Translations under genes and position numbers: made by a program
In this document: positions 38,588 through 47,217 of the stretch, one piece after another
Position numbering within the stretch: position 1 is the first letter of the stretch
Layout of the letters: each line of letters opens with the position of its first letter
Notes under the pieces: generated by a model
The model's input: only the letters and a program-made list of their open reading frames with translations
Database searches by the model: none
Told to the model about the DNA's origin: nothing
Source of the DNA: an uncultured virus (IMG/VR IMGVR_UViG_3300010352_000682)
Lineage: Duplodnaviria; Heunggongvirae; Uroviricota; Caudoviricetes
Virus record (IMG/VR): IMGVR_UViG_3300010352_000682
Reading direction: 5' to 3' (one strand)
Length of the DNA stretch: 64,000 bases

Positions 38588-39508
38588 TTAGGGTGTTGAT
38601 GTAATATTGAATTGTATTGCGTCAGCCTTATTGTTCAGTATGAATACATCTTCATAACTTTCTTCATAGTACACGTACTTACCTTCACTTAAAGCAGAAG
38701 GAGCTTCAAGCTGGCTAAAGGTGTACTTAACAGGAGTTATAACAGCCATAGGATGTACAAGGAACATATTAATTTGTTTTGCGCCGGCAGCAACCGACCA
38801 ACCAGTTGTAAAAACATATGCGGTTTTCATAAGAGTTGAAGGAACACCAATAACTTGAACTTCATCAAGACGTGAAATTGTACGATTGATGGTGTCTGTT
38901 CCGATTTGAACATCAAAGTTACGTTGAATTTGTGTTGCCTGTTTCAGCATTGTTTTAACTTCATGTGTAACATAGAGAATACGTCCATTTGCAGGAACCC
39001 GCGCATTATCCATATTAAGCATAAGCGTATCAAACACGGTAAGTACATTTGCAGTAGTGAGCGCTGTAGTATCTGCGGTGTGAGCGACATACCCTTCACC
39101 AGAAACAGCAGTTGTCCAAAGACTGTAAAGTTTACTAATGAGGTATGCATCCATTTCTGGGAATTTGTGTTCCTCATTAAACACTTGTGTAATATTACCA
39201 ATAGTTGTGGTCATTTTTGTTTCATCAACATCCATAGGATGAACCAGTGTACTCCACTTACGTTCATTATCAAGAGTTTTTGTTTCCCAACTATTGTCAT
39301 AATTACGGGTTGCTGTTGCAATTGTATCACGGTCTGCGTCAACACGGCCTGTGGTAGAAATACGAGGAATTTCAATTGTTTTAGCGTTGACCCAACGATA
39401 TCTGCCATTATTTGGAGTAGCATAGAGCGATCCAAAATTCAGAGTATATGGAAAAGATTGTTCAATTTCATTTTGGTAATCAACTGCATAATTTAATGCG
39501 TTAGGCAT
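38588..39508 (-). CDS. Major capsid protein
   Basis: LNYA..Y, KTIEIP, VHPMDVDET, PEMDAY, GRILYV, INMFLVHP, YEDVFIL. Confidence 0.88.
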   Translation of the reverse strand: MPNALNYAVDYQNEIEQSFPYTLNFGSLYATPNNGRYRWVNAKTIEIPRISTTGRVDADRDTIATATRNYDNSWETKTLDNERKWSTLVHPMDVDETKMTTTIGNITQVFNEEHKFPEMDAYLISKLYSLWTTAVSGEGYVAHTADTTALTTANVLTVFDTLMLNMDNARVPANGRILYVTHEVKTMLKQATQIQRNFDVQIGTDTINRTISRLDEVQVIGVPSTLMKTAYVFTTGWSVAAGAKQINMFLVHPMAVITPVKYTFSQLEAPSALSEGKYVYYEESYEDVFILNNKADAIQFNITSTP

Positions 39509-39521
39509 TTATATTTTCTCC

Positions 39522-40157
39522 TTATTTATTTGTTGGTTCTCTTAATTTTGTAAAATTAAATCCAAATTTACTTTCAGCGGGTGGTTGTGCTGGCGCTGAG
39601 ACAGGAGGAACAAATATTGGAGGTGTTACTGGTGGAGTAGTCGGTGGTGTTTCTGTTTTAAATACTCCAGGATCATTTTGTTTGATTGCATCAATATATT
39701 CAGAAATTCCAATAAGTTTATCATTCTGAATAGGAAGATTTTTTTCTAATAATCCATTAAGAAATTCTTTTTTTGCTGCATTGCTTGTAAATTCTATACC
39801 CGCTATAGATTCTTTAGCAAGGAATTCATAATTTTGTTTTGATAACCTTGTTTGCCATTCATTTTTATCGGCTTCATATTTTTGAGTAAGTGTATTTAAA
39901 TTTGTTTGCACTTCTGAAAGTTTTGAAGAACTTTGTCCGGCATCAGTTAACTTTTGTTTTAGATCATTTAAGTCAGTATCTCTTTGTGTAACTTGTCCTG
40001 TAAGGTCTGTTATTTGTCCTGTAAGTGTATCAATTTGTGATTGAAGTTTAGTTTTTGCTTCTGTGACGTCCTTACCACTCTCAGCTTGAATTTTTTGCAG
40101 GGCATCTTCTGAGACATTAAACTCTTTAAGAATTTCTTTTAACACATCTGTTTTCAT
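39522..40157 (-). CDS. Capsid scaffolding protein (GP20-like)
   Basis: E.GKD, coiled coil, Pro-rich tail; upstream of the major capsid gene. Confidence 0.8.
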   Translation of the reverse strand: MKTDVLKEILKEFNVSEDALQKIQAESGKDVTEAKTKLQSQIDTLTGQITDLTGQVTQRDTDLNDLKQKLTDAGQSSSKLSEVQTNLNTLTQKYEADKNEWQTRLSKQNYEFLAKESIAGIEFTSNAAKKEFLNGLLEKNLPIQNDKLIGISEYIDAIKQNDPGVFKTETPPTTPPVTPPIFVPPVSAPAQPPAESKFGFNFTKLREPTNK

Positions 40158-40233
40158 TTTATTTCTCCTATATACATCCTAAGTATTTTTTAGTTGATAC
40201 TAACAACTGGATGGTGCGTTTTAAGTACGCTAA

Positions 40234-40464
40234 CTAATTAAGTTTTTCTTCTAACTTTTCAAGCACAGTAATTCTTGTTTCGTGGTCATTAACTTTTTCT
40301 CTTACATTTGATTGTTCTGATTTTTGATCAGATAACATAGATGAAAGATTATCAACACTTGATCGTAATTCTGTAATTACTTTTGTGTTATTAGCCACAA
40401 TTTTACAAATTGCTATACCAAAAGTTACAAGAATTATGAGTTCCGCAAGAAGATCCCAAGTCAT
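40234..40464 (-). CDS. Small TM + coiled-coil protein (XhlA-like)
   Basis: N-terminal TM segment, DHETRITVLE; own promoter at 40498-40525. Confidence 0.6.
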   Translation of the reverse strand: MTWDLLAELIILVTFGIAICKIVANNTKVITELRSSVDNLSSMLSDQKSEQSNVREKVNDHETRITVLEKLEEKLN

Positions 40465-40541
40465 GTGGTTGTTCTCCTAACTTTTGGATATACTTATATT
40501 ATACACATTATTCACAATTTGTCAAGTGTTTTTTGTATAAA

Positions 40542-41474
40542 CTAACGAAAATTTTTATAATCATTCACTATTGGTTTATAATATGGAATATACATAGACC
40601 TAAGACACACAATTTCACCAATAGAATTAACCTCTGCTTCACATATCCAACCACCCATATTTGCTTGTATGCCTTTACCACGCATAAAACTTGTTTGTGA
40701 TTGAAAACATCCAGTCTGAAATGCATGAACACCGCCATAAAATAATTGTTCTGCCTTATGATAATGTCCTATAGCTAAAATATTTGGTTTTTCATCATCG
40801 GGCATACCATCAATTATTTTTTGAGTTTTATAACTAAGTGCATATGTTGAACCGTCCCATGGATGTCTAAGTTCAAGTGTGCATTCTGGCGTAAGATTTA
40901 TAATAGCACAGTCTCTTCCAAGATATATCATATCTTCTCGTTTTGCTGATATTGATTTACCTATATCAGTTCCACAGCGTTTAAATATACTTGCGTCATG
41001 GTTTCCTGTAATAAAATGTGTTTCTATATCTTTATGATATGGATAATTTTTAATTATTTCATCAATATGTTCATCTGCTCCTTGATTATAACACTCATAT
41101 TGATGCCCCATACGCATTTGTTCTCCTTCATCAATATCGCCCGTATGATAAATAATATGTACATCTTCATTTTCGCACTTATTATAAAAATCATGTAAAT
41201 ATGTTAATTGTGTATACTTACTATTTATTTGTGTGTCGCCCATTAAAGCAAAGCGTATATGTTTATTACCTTTCCACTTTAAATCATATTTAATAGGATT
41301 TAAATTTTCTGTAATATCTATAGATATATTTGTTGGGCAATTTAATACTCTTTTAACTCTGTGCAAAGCCGCATCCCTATTTGGTGCATCAATATCTTTA
41401 TAAAGTAAATCACAAATTTGTCTATGATTATATCCTTTTGATTGGAGAATTAATGCTTCATCTTTCCAACTCAT
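40542..41474 (-). CDS. Calcineurin-like metallophosphoesterase
   Basis: GDTQ, HTGDIDEG, ITGNHD, LRHP, GHYH. Confidence 0.85.
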   Translation of the reverse strand: MSWKDEALILQSKGYNHRQICDLLYKDIDAPNRDAALHRVKRVLNCPTNISIDITENLNPIKYDLKWKGNKHIRFALMGDTQINSKYTQLTYLHDFYNKCENEDVHIIYHTGDIDEGEQMRMGHQYECYNQGADEHIDEIIKNYPYHKDIETHFITGNHDASIFKRCGTDIGKSISAKREDMIYLGRDCAIINLTPECTLELRHPWDGSTYALSYKTQKIIDGMPDDEKPNILAIGHYHKAEQLFYGGVHAFQTGCFQSQTSFMRGKGIQANMGGWICEAEVNSIGEIVCLRSMYIPYYKPIVNDYKNFR

Positions 41475-43084
41475 TTATTATCCTCCGGCTTATTAATATT
41501 TTTCTTAGTGTCCTCGGGAGATTTTGGTGTTTTACTACCAGTAGTGTTTAATCCTGGTTGCGGCTGTGGTGTGAATGCATCTGCTCTTTCTTTAGCTTCT
41601 TGTGTTGAAACTTCAAGAGCTTTCTTAGCTTGGTCCTCTGTTTCGCCATAATACCACATACGAATATTAAGGCGACTTTCAATTCCAGCATTCATGAGAA
41701 GTAACCTACGTTGCAGTTCTTCCTCAGGGCTGTTTATCAGACTGTCATCCCATGTGTATGATACTGAATATTCACCGGCAGGAGCAAGATTATACAAATC
41801 ACAATATACATTTATGATATAAATTACATCATCAAGTGTTCTTTGAAGTGCTTTCTGAATGTCTGCGTTTGCCGCATAGCTTCTCTGACGCATTATAAGC
41901 AGCTCTGTGGCCGTTTTAGCTTCGCTACGTGTAATATCACTGATTGTGCCACGACTAAGGCTACAAGCATCTTCAACACGCATAAAGATAGCATTCAAAC
42001 CGTTATTATAACTAGCATCCCTTAGTGTAGGAGCATACTGTTGATATGTTTCTTCTGTATTAAGGTCAAGTTTACGAAATAGACGAGATTGTAACTTATT
42101 GGGCAATTCTATATAATTGCCACTTGCGTCTTTTGTGGTTTTAAGCGCATCTAAGTCAACATCAACAGCTAATTGACCACCCTCATATTCCCACAATAAT
42201 TCACTATATTGATAATCCGCATCACGAATCAAACTAACCGCCCTACTAAATCCACTAACTCCAAGAGGACTAAGTGAATCTATGGTGTTTGCATCTGGCA
42301 TTTTGAAATATGCAAATAAAAGTCTATCAACATTTTGAATTGTTGCTTCTGTGGCAATATTTTTCCAAGCATCTATAGAATGTAAATCAATCTCAATACC
42401 AAGTGTATTTTTGTTTCTATCCATATCTTGATTGATGTATTGTTTATATGCCTTGTTTATTACTGTTACAGTACGAGTTTGCGCATCAAATTTGTGATAT
42501 TCCAAACGGGTATATATAATTTTTTCTTGTGATACTGTATCAACAAATGCCGCTTCTGTTATATTCCCCACACTATCAAATGTGAGTGGATAAAAATCGT
42601 CTGCCTGACAAAAAGTGAATGCAATTTGATTATCCCTATAAATATAGGGTTTAATCACTAATCCACCTTTTGCAATTCCATATTCAAGTTGTCTGCGAAT
42701 ATGTGGCATAAGGTGTAATTGGAACATCTTGTTAATAAATGCTGCCCTTGTTGCTGTTGGTGTATTATCATCAACTTGCATATCATCATCCTTTGGTACT
42801 TCACCAGAAGGAGTAACAACAATTTTCATTTCAAGTGTTGCCATACGTGCTTTTTCACTTGAAATAAGTGCTGGTAATCCAAGGGATACAACTCTTGTCG
42901 GATCTATATAAGTAGGTTCGTGTAACCAATCTGCTTCATTTTTATACATTTTGTCCCATAACTCTATCGCAGTTGACATTTTTGTTGATATTGTTGGGAC
43001 TATATTAAGTGCCTGTTCAATATTTTTTGTACCGATCAATTTTAAAACAACTCCCCGTATTGCGTTCCAAATTTTAGTAAACAT
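41471..43084 (-). CDS. Portal protein (A118/SPP1-like)
   Basis: W.KMY, GGLVIKPY, SPLGVS, WEYEGG, KTATE, WDDS. Confidence 0.88.
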   Translation of the reverse strand: MFTKIWNAIRGVVLKLIGTKNIEQALNIVPTISTKMSTAIELWDKMYKNEADWLHEPTYIDPTRVVSLGLPALISSEKARMATLEMKIVVTPSGEVPKDDDMQVDDNTPTATRAAFINKMFQLHLMPHIRRQLEYGIAKGGLVIKPYIYRDNQIAFTFCQADDFYPLTFDSVGNITEAAFVDTVSQEKIIYTRLEYHKFDAQTRTVTVINKAYKQYINQDMDRNKNTLGIEIDLHSIDAWKNIATEATIQNVDRLLFAYFKMPDANTIDSLSPLGVSGFSRAVSLIRDADYQYSELLWEYEGGQLAVDVDLDALKTTKDASGNYIELPNKLQSRLFRKLDLNTEETYQQYAPTLRDASYNNGLNAIFMRVEDACSLSRGTISDITRSEAKTATELLIMRQRSYAANADIQKALQRTLDDVIYIINVYCDLYNLAPAGEYSVSYTWDDSLINSPEEELQRRLLLMNAGIESRLNIRMWYYGETEDQAKKALEVSTQEAKERADAFTPQPQPGLNTTGSKTPKSPEDTKKNINKPEDNK

Positions 43085-43099
43085 GGTTATTCACCAACC

Positions 43100-44191
43100 T
43101 TAAGTTATTGCGACATATACACCATCTGACCACATACCATTTGTGGCATGAGCATATATTGTTATTTTATATGTGCCGTCTCCATTTGTCAATTCATTGT
43201 AATCAACTATTATACTGGCTGATGTATTTGCGGTTAAATTTGTACCGCTTTCTACAAGTGTACCAGAACCTCTATCAGTTGATGCACTACCATAAACAGC
43301 TCTTGATTCCCAGTATGCACAATTTAAATCACAGGTAAAAGTACAAACGCATTGAGTATATCCACTTTCATCAGAAATTGCTGTCTTTGTTGGAGTACCA
43401 AGTGTTATTGTTGGTGTTGTTCTATTAAGATTTGCGCTTATTACACTATCCGCTGATACTGTAAATGTATTACCACTTATTGCAGTACCATTAACTGTAT
43501 ACGCCGCTAATGTATAACCATTATCTAATGTTGAACTTAAAGTAATTGTTGTACCAGAATAAACACTACCAGTTTTACTTGCTGTTATTGTAGCACCAGT
43601 AGGATTTGATACTGAAACAGTGTATTGAGTATCATCATAACTATAAGTTATTGCTAATGTTACAGAAGTTACTCTGGCTTCAAAGGAATCATTTTTTTTA
43701 TTACCTTTTATGCCATTCATACCAATATCTAACTCAATGTTTGGTAACGCTGTATAGGAGGCGAGCGCAGTAACAAAAGCAGTTGTTGAAAATGTGTATG
43801 TTGTATATGAACTCGATAATGTTTTTGAGCTATTGGATACAGATGAAACTGCTGATGTAGCATCACCAACTTTTACAAGTGCATCAAGTGTTGCACTATC
43901 ACCAGATTTGGATGATGTGTGTCTTGCTATAACGTATAATGTGGCACCAGTAAAAGTTACTACGGCTCCAGATGGTATTGAGCCACTATATATACCCATC
44001 TTATAATTTGAATTTGATGGGCTACCTAATACTGTTAATGATATTGTATCATATATATAAGTGGAATCTCCATCAGTATTACTAACAGGGTCTTTAATAG
44101 AAGCCCACGCAGAACTACCGCCAGTATAAGAAGCAGTAGAAGCTCCATTAGCAGATGCGACTAATATTAATGTACCTGTTATTGTAGCCAT
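43100..44191 (-). CDS. Ser/Thr-rich virion protein with Ig-like/B-repeat domains
   Basis: G.TITL...D.GY.L..YTVNG repeat module; C-terminal domain paralogous to 44936-45598. Confidence 0.65.
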   Translation of the reverse strand: MATITGTLILVASANGASTASYTGGSSAWASIKDPVSNTDGDSTYIYDTISLTVLGSPSNSNYKMGIYSGSIPSGAVVTFTGATLYVIARHTSSKSGDSATLDALVKVGDATSAVSSVSNSSKTLSSSYTTYTFSTTAFVTALASYTALPNIELDIGMNGIKGNKKNDSFEARVTSVTLAITYSYDDTQYTVSVSNPTGATITASKTGSVYSGTTITLSSTLDNGYTLAAYTVNGTAISGNTFTVSADSVISANLNRTTPTITLGTPTKTAISDESGYTQCVCTFTCDLNCAYWESRAVYGSASTDRGSGTLVESGTNLTANTSASIIVDYNELTNGDGTYKITIYAHATNGMWSDGVYVAIT

Positions 44192-44889
44192 GATAAGACC
44201 TCATTTTTTAACATTTCTTTTGTTAAAATAGCATTATCTATACAACCCGGTATTTTACCGCTATCAGGTGGACAGATTTGATTTATCAAATTTGTTCTAT
44301 CGACAAAAGATACTTGTGTTGCAAAAATAAACATACCGTTTGCTCTGCGTGTCATTGAACCCAATATCTTTTTGTCGTTTATAAGTATATCATTATTATT
44401 TAATACAACATTTGAAAAATATTGTTTAAAATAAGTATAAAATCTACTCATAAAATAATCCGATGTTGCATCAGTATTTTCGTTTACAATAATTGCTATA
44501 CTAAAATCTTCTGGTCCACTGATTATAGTGCCGCCTAAATAGCGCATTTCATAAACGGTTACTCCAAGTGATTTACATAAATCATAATCTATTGTTTCTG
44601 AACCGTGCCAAGCAAATACATTATCAGCAGTAGGTATATATACGCTAATTTCTTTAGTTTTAACAGACGCTTCAACGGCATCCTCAATACCAAGCATTGC
44701 AGGTTCATATATTGTTGGATTAGATGTTCTAACAAGATATTCGGTCTTATCTTTAAAATAAGTATCAAGTGAAGTATATCCGGCAGATGATAACCTACTT
44801 AAAAGAGAAAGTGTTTTAAATGTGTCTCTTGTATCAAGATATTGTTGTTCTATAACGATACCATTTTTTATTTTTTCACTATCTAACAT
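44179..44889 (-). CDS. Lipoate-protein ligase-like protein (BPL/LplA/LipB fold)
   Basis: R..GGT(I) motif and NNDILINDKKILGS, matching the ND.....KI.G catalytic-Lys motif. Confidence 0.65.
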   Translation of the reverse strand: MLDSEKIKNGIVIEQQYLDTRDTFKTLSLLSRLSSAGYTSLDTYFKDKTEYLVRTSNPTIYEPAMLGIEDAVEASVKTKEISVYIPTADNVFAWHGSETIDYDLCKSLGVTVYEMRYLGGTIISGPEDFSIAIIVNENTDATSDYFMSRFYTYFKQYFSNVVLNNNDILINDKKILGSMTRRANGMFIFATQVSFVDRTNLINQICPPDSGKIPGCIDNAILTKEMLKNEVLSWLQ

Positions 44890-44900
44890 TATATACCTCA

Positions 44901-44927
44901 AAGAATGGGGCGGTAATTAGCCGCCCC
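44901..44927 (-). terminator. Intrinsic terminator-like hairpin
   Basis: GGGGCGG-N7-CCGCCCC followed by ATTCTTT. Confidence 0.5.
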
Positions 44928-44935
44928 TATTTTAT

Positions 44936-45598
44936 TTATGCTGACCACAAATCGTTTTCTGCGTCTTGTCCAAAGACTTTGATTACGTATGTACCATCAG
45001 AACCACCACAAGCAACTTTAAGGTCTGAACCATAAATTTTACAAGTAATGGAGGTAGATGCTGCTAAAGTAGTTCCTGTCATATTGGTAGAACCACCAGT
45101 AGCAAGTATCTGAGTACCGTCACCCTCACCACTTGAAGTCTGTGGCACAAGTTTAACTTTCCAAGCTTTCAGAGCCACATTAGATGTGAAGCTGAATGAG
45201 CAAATATTCTTACCAGACACTTCACTAATCTTAGTTACATCGGGTGCAGTAATTGTGATTGTTGGCAGAGAAGTAGACAGGGTAATTGTTGCTGTGGATG
45301 CGCTACTTTCGTTGTAAACATCATCACGAACCTTGATACTGATAGTATAACTACCATCAGTAGAAGATGGAAGTGTAACAGATTTAGTTGTTGCAAAGGA
45401 TTCCCAAGAAGCAGACGCTTCGTCAGCGGCTCCTGAGATACCCCAAATCTTCATAGTATAGCCAGTAGTAGAAGCATCACTCACCGCTATGCTAAGAGAC
45501 ACTGTTGAACTTGTTGTTACTGATGCTCCACCATTAATTGTAAATGTTGATATTACAGGAGCAAGTGTGTCAAGTATTAATTGAAAATAATTAGCCAT
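44936..45598 (-). CDS. Ig-like virion protein
   Basis: LDTLAP, INGGA.VT, DGSYTISIKVRD..YNES beta-sandwich motifs. Confidence 0.7.
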   Translation of the reverse strand: MANYFQLILDTLAPVISTFTINGGASVTTSSTVSLSIAVSDASTTGYTMKIWGISGAADEASASWESFATTKSVTLPSSTDGSYTISIKVRDDVYNESSASTATITLSTSLPTITITAPDVTKISEVSGKNICSFSFTSNVALKAWKVKLVPQTSSGEGDGTQILATGGSTNMTGTTLAASTSITCKIYGSDLKVACGGSDGTYVIKVFGQDAENDLWSA

Positions 45599-45600
45599 TA

Positions 45601-45732
45601 TTTATCCTCTTCATTTTTAAATTCTAAATAAAAATATGCACCTGATCTATTATATATTAAATCATCATTATAATAGACTTGTTTAATTCCCATATCGCCG
45701 TAAAATATTAATTTATTTTCTGCTATGAGTTT
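45601..45732 (-). CDS. Small hypothetical protein, not in the ORF track (bounds approximate)
   Basis: AAGGTG RBS, GTG start, VSNIKVDKLIAENK...EEDK stop. Confidence 0.4.
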
Positions 45733-45762
45733 ATCAACTTTTATATTACTCACAACATCACC

Positions 45763-45957
45763 TTATCCTTTTATAAAATAATATTTTTGTTCATGAATAG
45801 TGTTGTTATATTCTATTAAATCTATTGGGTCTGGTAATAATTCCACATATTCAACTGTACTCATATCAATGGGAATAGATTGTTCATCCTCCACTTCAAT
45901 TGATATTGTTGTTTCTTCTTCTATTTCAATATTAATGGGGTATGATATAAGTTCCAT
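45763..45957 (-). CDS. Small acidic hypothetical protein
   Basis: RBS GAGGATG; packed ORF. Confidence 0.55.
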   Translation of the reverse strand: MELISYPINIEIEEETTISIEVEDEQSIPIDMSTVEYVELLPDPIDLIEYNNTIHEQKYYFIKG

Positions 45958-45971
45958 TTAATATCACATCC

Positions 45972-46307
45972 TCAATCTGTACTTTGAAATAGTGTCTTAT
46001 TCATATAAAGTTCCACAATTTTTGTTTTTGGTATCTTACCTCCAACATAAGTAATTTTGGTATCCATATAAAAATTTTTATCCGGTAAAAAAAGACGTGT
46101 TTCAGCATCGGTAAAGTATACATAGAAAATTTTATTTATTGTATCATATGTTACATTAGTTGGATATGTTTTTAAAATTATTTTTTCTGCGTTCTCTGAC
46201 GGCTGTTGCTTAAAAATAAATTCAATTGTATTTATTAATGTAATATCAGTTATAGCACTAATAGTTACCGGAATTGTTGGTGTAGTACCACGCTTATAAT
46301 CAATCAT
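45972..46307 (-). CDS. BppU-N-like structural protein
   Basis: RGTTPT, F.FKQ, T..ET..F pattern. Confidence 0.55.
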   Translation of the reverse strand: MIDYKRGTTPTIPVTISAITDITLINTIEFIFKQQPSENAEKIILKTYPTNVTYDTINKIFYVYFTDAETRLFLPDKNFYMDTKITYVGGKIPKTKIVELYMNKTLFQSTD

Positions 46308-46309
46308 TT

Positions 46310-46345
46310 TTATTTACCTTTCTTTTTCTTAGTTCTACAGGCCAT
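46310..46345 (-). CDS. 11-aa basic peptide MACRTKKKKGK
   Basis: RBS AGGGGTG and ATG; fills the gap between terL-C and the next gene. Confidence 0.45.
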   Translation of the reverse strand: MACRTKKKKGK

Positions 46346-46357
46346 TATTATCACCCC

Positions 46358-46531
46358 TTATTGACCACGCCGTTTCCAAACTCTCTCTAAGGCATACCTG
46401 ACGCTATCTATGCAGTTATGTACTATAAAGCCGCCATTAATAGTAAAATTATGAAAATCTCTTACTTCCATATTATATACATCCTCTGTATTAGGAAGTT
46501 TCTTTATCTGTGTTATTTTTACTGATTTCAT
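46358..46531 (-). CDS. terL: Split intein C-part (39 aa) fused to terminase large subunit C-extein (18 aa)
   Basis: MKSVKITQIKKLPNTEDVYNMEVRDFHNFTINGGFIVHN|CIDSVRYALERVWKRRGQ: intein block F (VYN.EV...HNF), block G (VHN) and Cys+1; RBS GAGGT. Confidence 0.92.
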   Translation of the reverse strand: MKSVKITQIKKLPNTEDVYNMEVRDFHNFTINGGFIVHNCIDSVRYALERVWKRRGQ

Positions 46532-47159
46532 TTTTTAACCTCGGTAATCTAGGATATAATATGTCTGAACAATGTTTGCTACAGGTACTATTTTTATAAT
46601 ACTTATTACTTGTAAAGGTTTTACCACACACAGGACAGATTTTTTCAATATCATCTAAGTGGTTATCCCTGCGCCATTTAGATTTGCAAGCATTTGAACA
46701 AAATCTACTTCTTGTTTGCTTGCTTTTAAAGGGTTTATTACAACACTCACATATAAAATCTTTTTCTTGTAATGCATCATTACCGAGTTTTCCTATTTTA
46801 GCATAGTAATCATAATTATAATTTTCCTTACGAATTTTTGCTGCTGCTGGAATGACATTTTTTATCATGTTTTGCCTGTACCACTCACGTTGTTCATCTG
46901 TTAATTCTGCGCTATGTAATTTACGATGTTCAGCTCTTATCATAAGTTCAAGATTGGAAATATCATTATTGTCTTTATTGTGGTCTTTATGATGTACTTC
47001 ATATCCCTTTGGTATTTCACCATTGTATTGTTCCCATACACAACAATGTAATCTTTTGTGCAAGGTAGAACAAAGCCAGTAACCAGATTTTTTATCCTTT
47101 CTAAACTTATACCCGTTATAGTATACTAAATTAGTGTTTTCAATATATTGTATGGTCAT
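46491..47159 (-). CDS. Free-standing HNH homing endonuclease with zinc fingers
   Basis: RLH..VWE, IPKGYEVHHKDHNKDNNDISNL, CECC..F...FCSNAC, CPVCGK.F. Confidence 0.9.
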   Translation of the reverse strand: MTIQYIENTNLVYYNGYKFRKDKKSGYWLCSTLHKRLHCCVWEQYNGEIPKGYEVHHKDHNKDNNDISNLELMIRAEHRKLHSAELTDEQREWYRQNMIKNVIPAAAKIRKENYNYDYYAKIGKLGNDALQEKDFICECCNKPFKSKQTRSRFCSNACKSKWRRDNHLDDIEKICPVCGKTFTSNKYYKNSTCSKHCSDILYPRLPRLKNEISKNNTDKETS

Positions 47160-47217
47160 ATGGATATCTCCTTATTTAAGATATCCATATTATATCATAA
47201 ATATCTAACAGGGTCAA
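47158..47217 (-). promoter_or_regulatory. HNH promoter and start-sequestering hairpin
   Basis: TTGACC-17-TATAAT (47189-47217); 12-bp perfect stem at 47158-47190 covering the end of the AAGGAG RBS and the AT of the ATG. Confidence 0.75.

Noticed and set aside
46358..47216. Stop-codon recoding, a group I intron or a single sequencing error explaining the broken terL
   Set aside because: TGA, TAG and two TAA stops lie in frame within the spacer, IntC is in another frame, each part has its own RBS, and the 54-nt spacer has no room for an intron core
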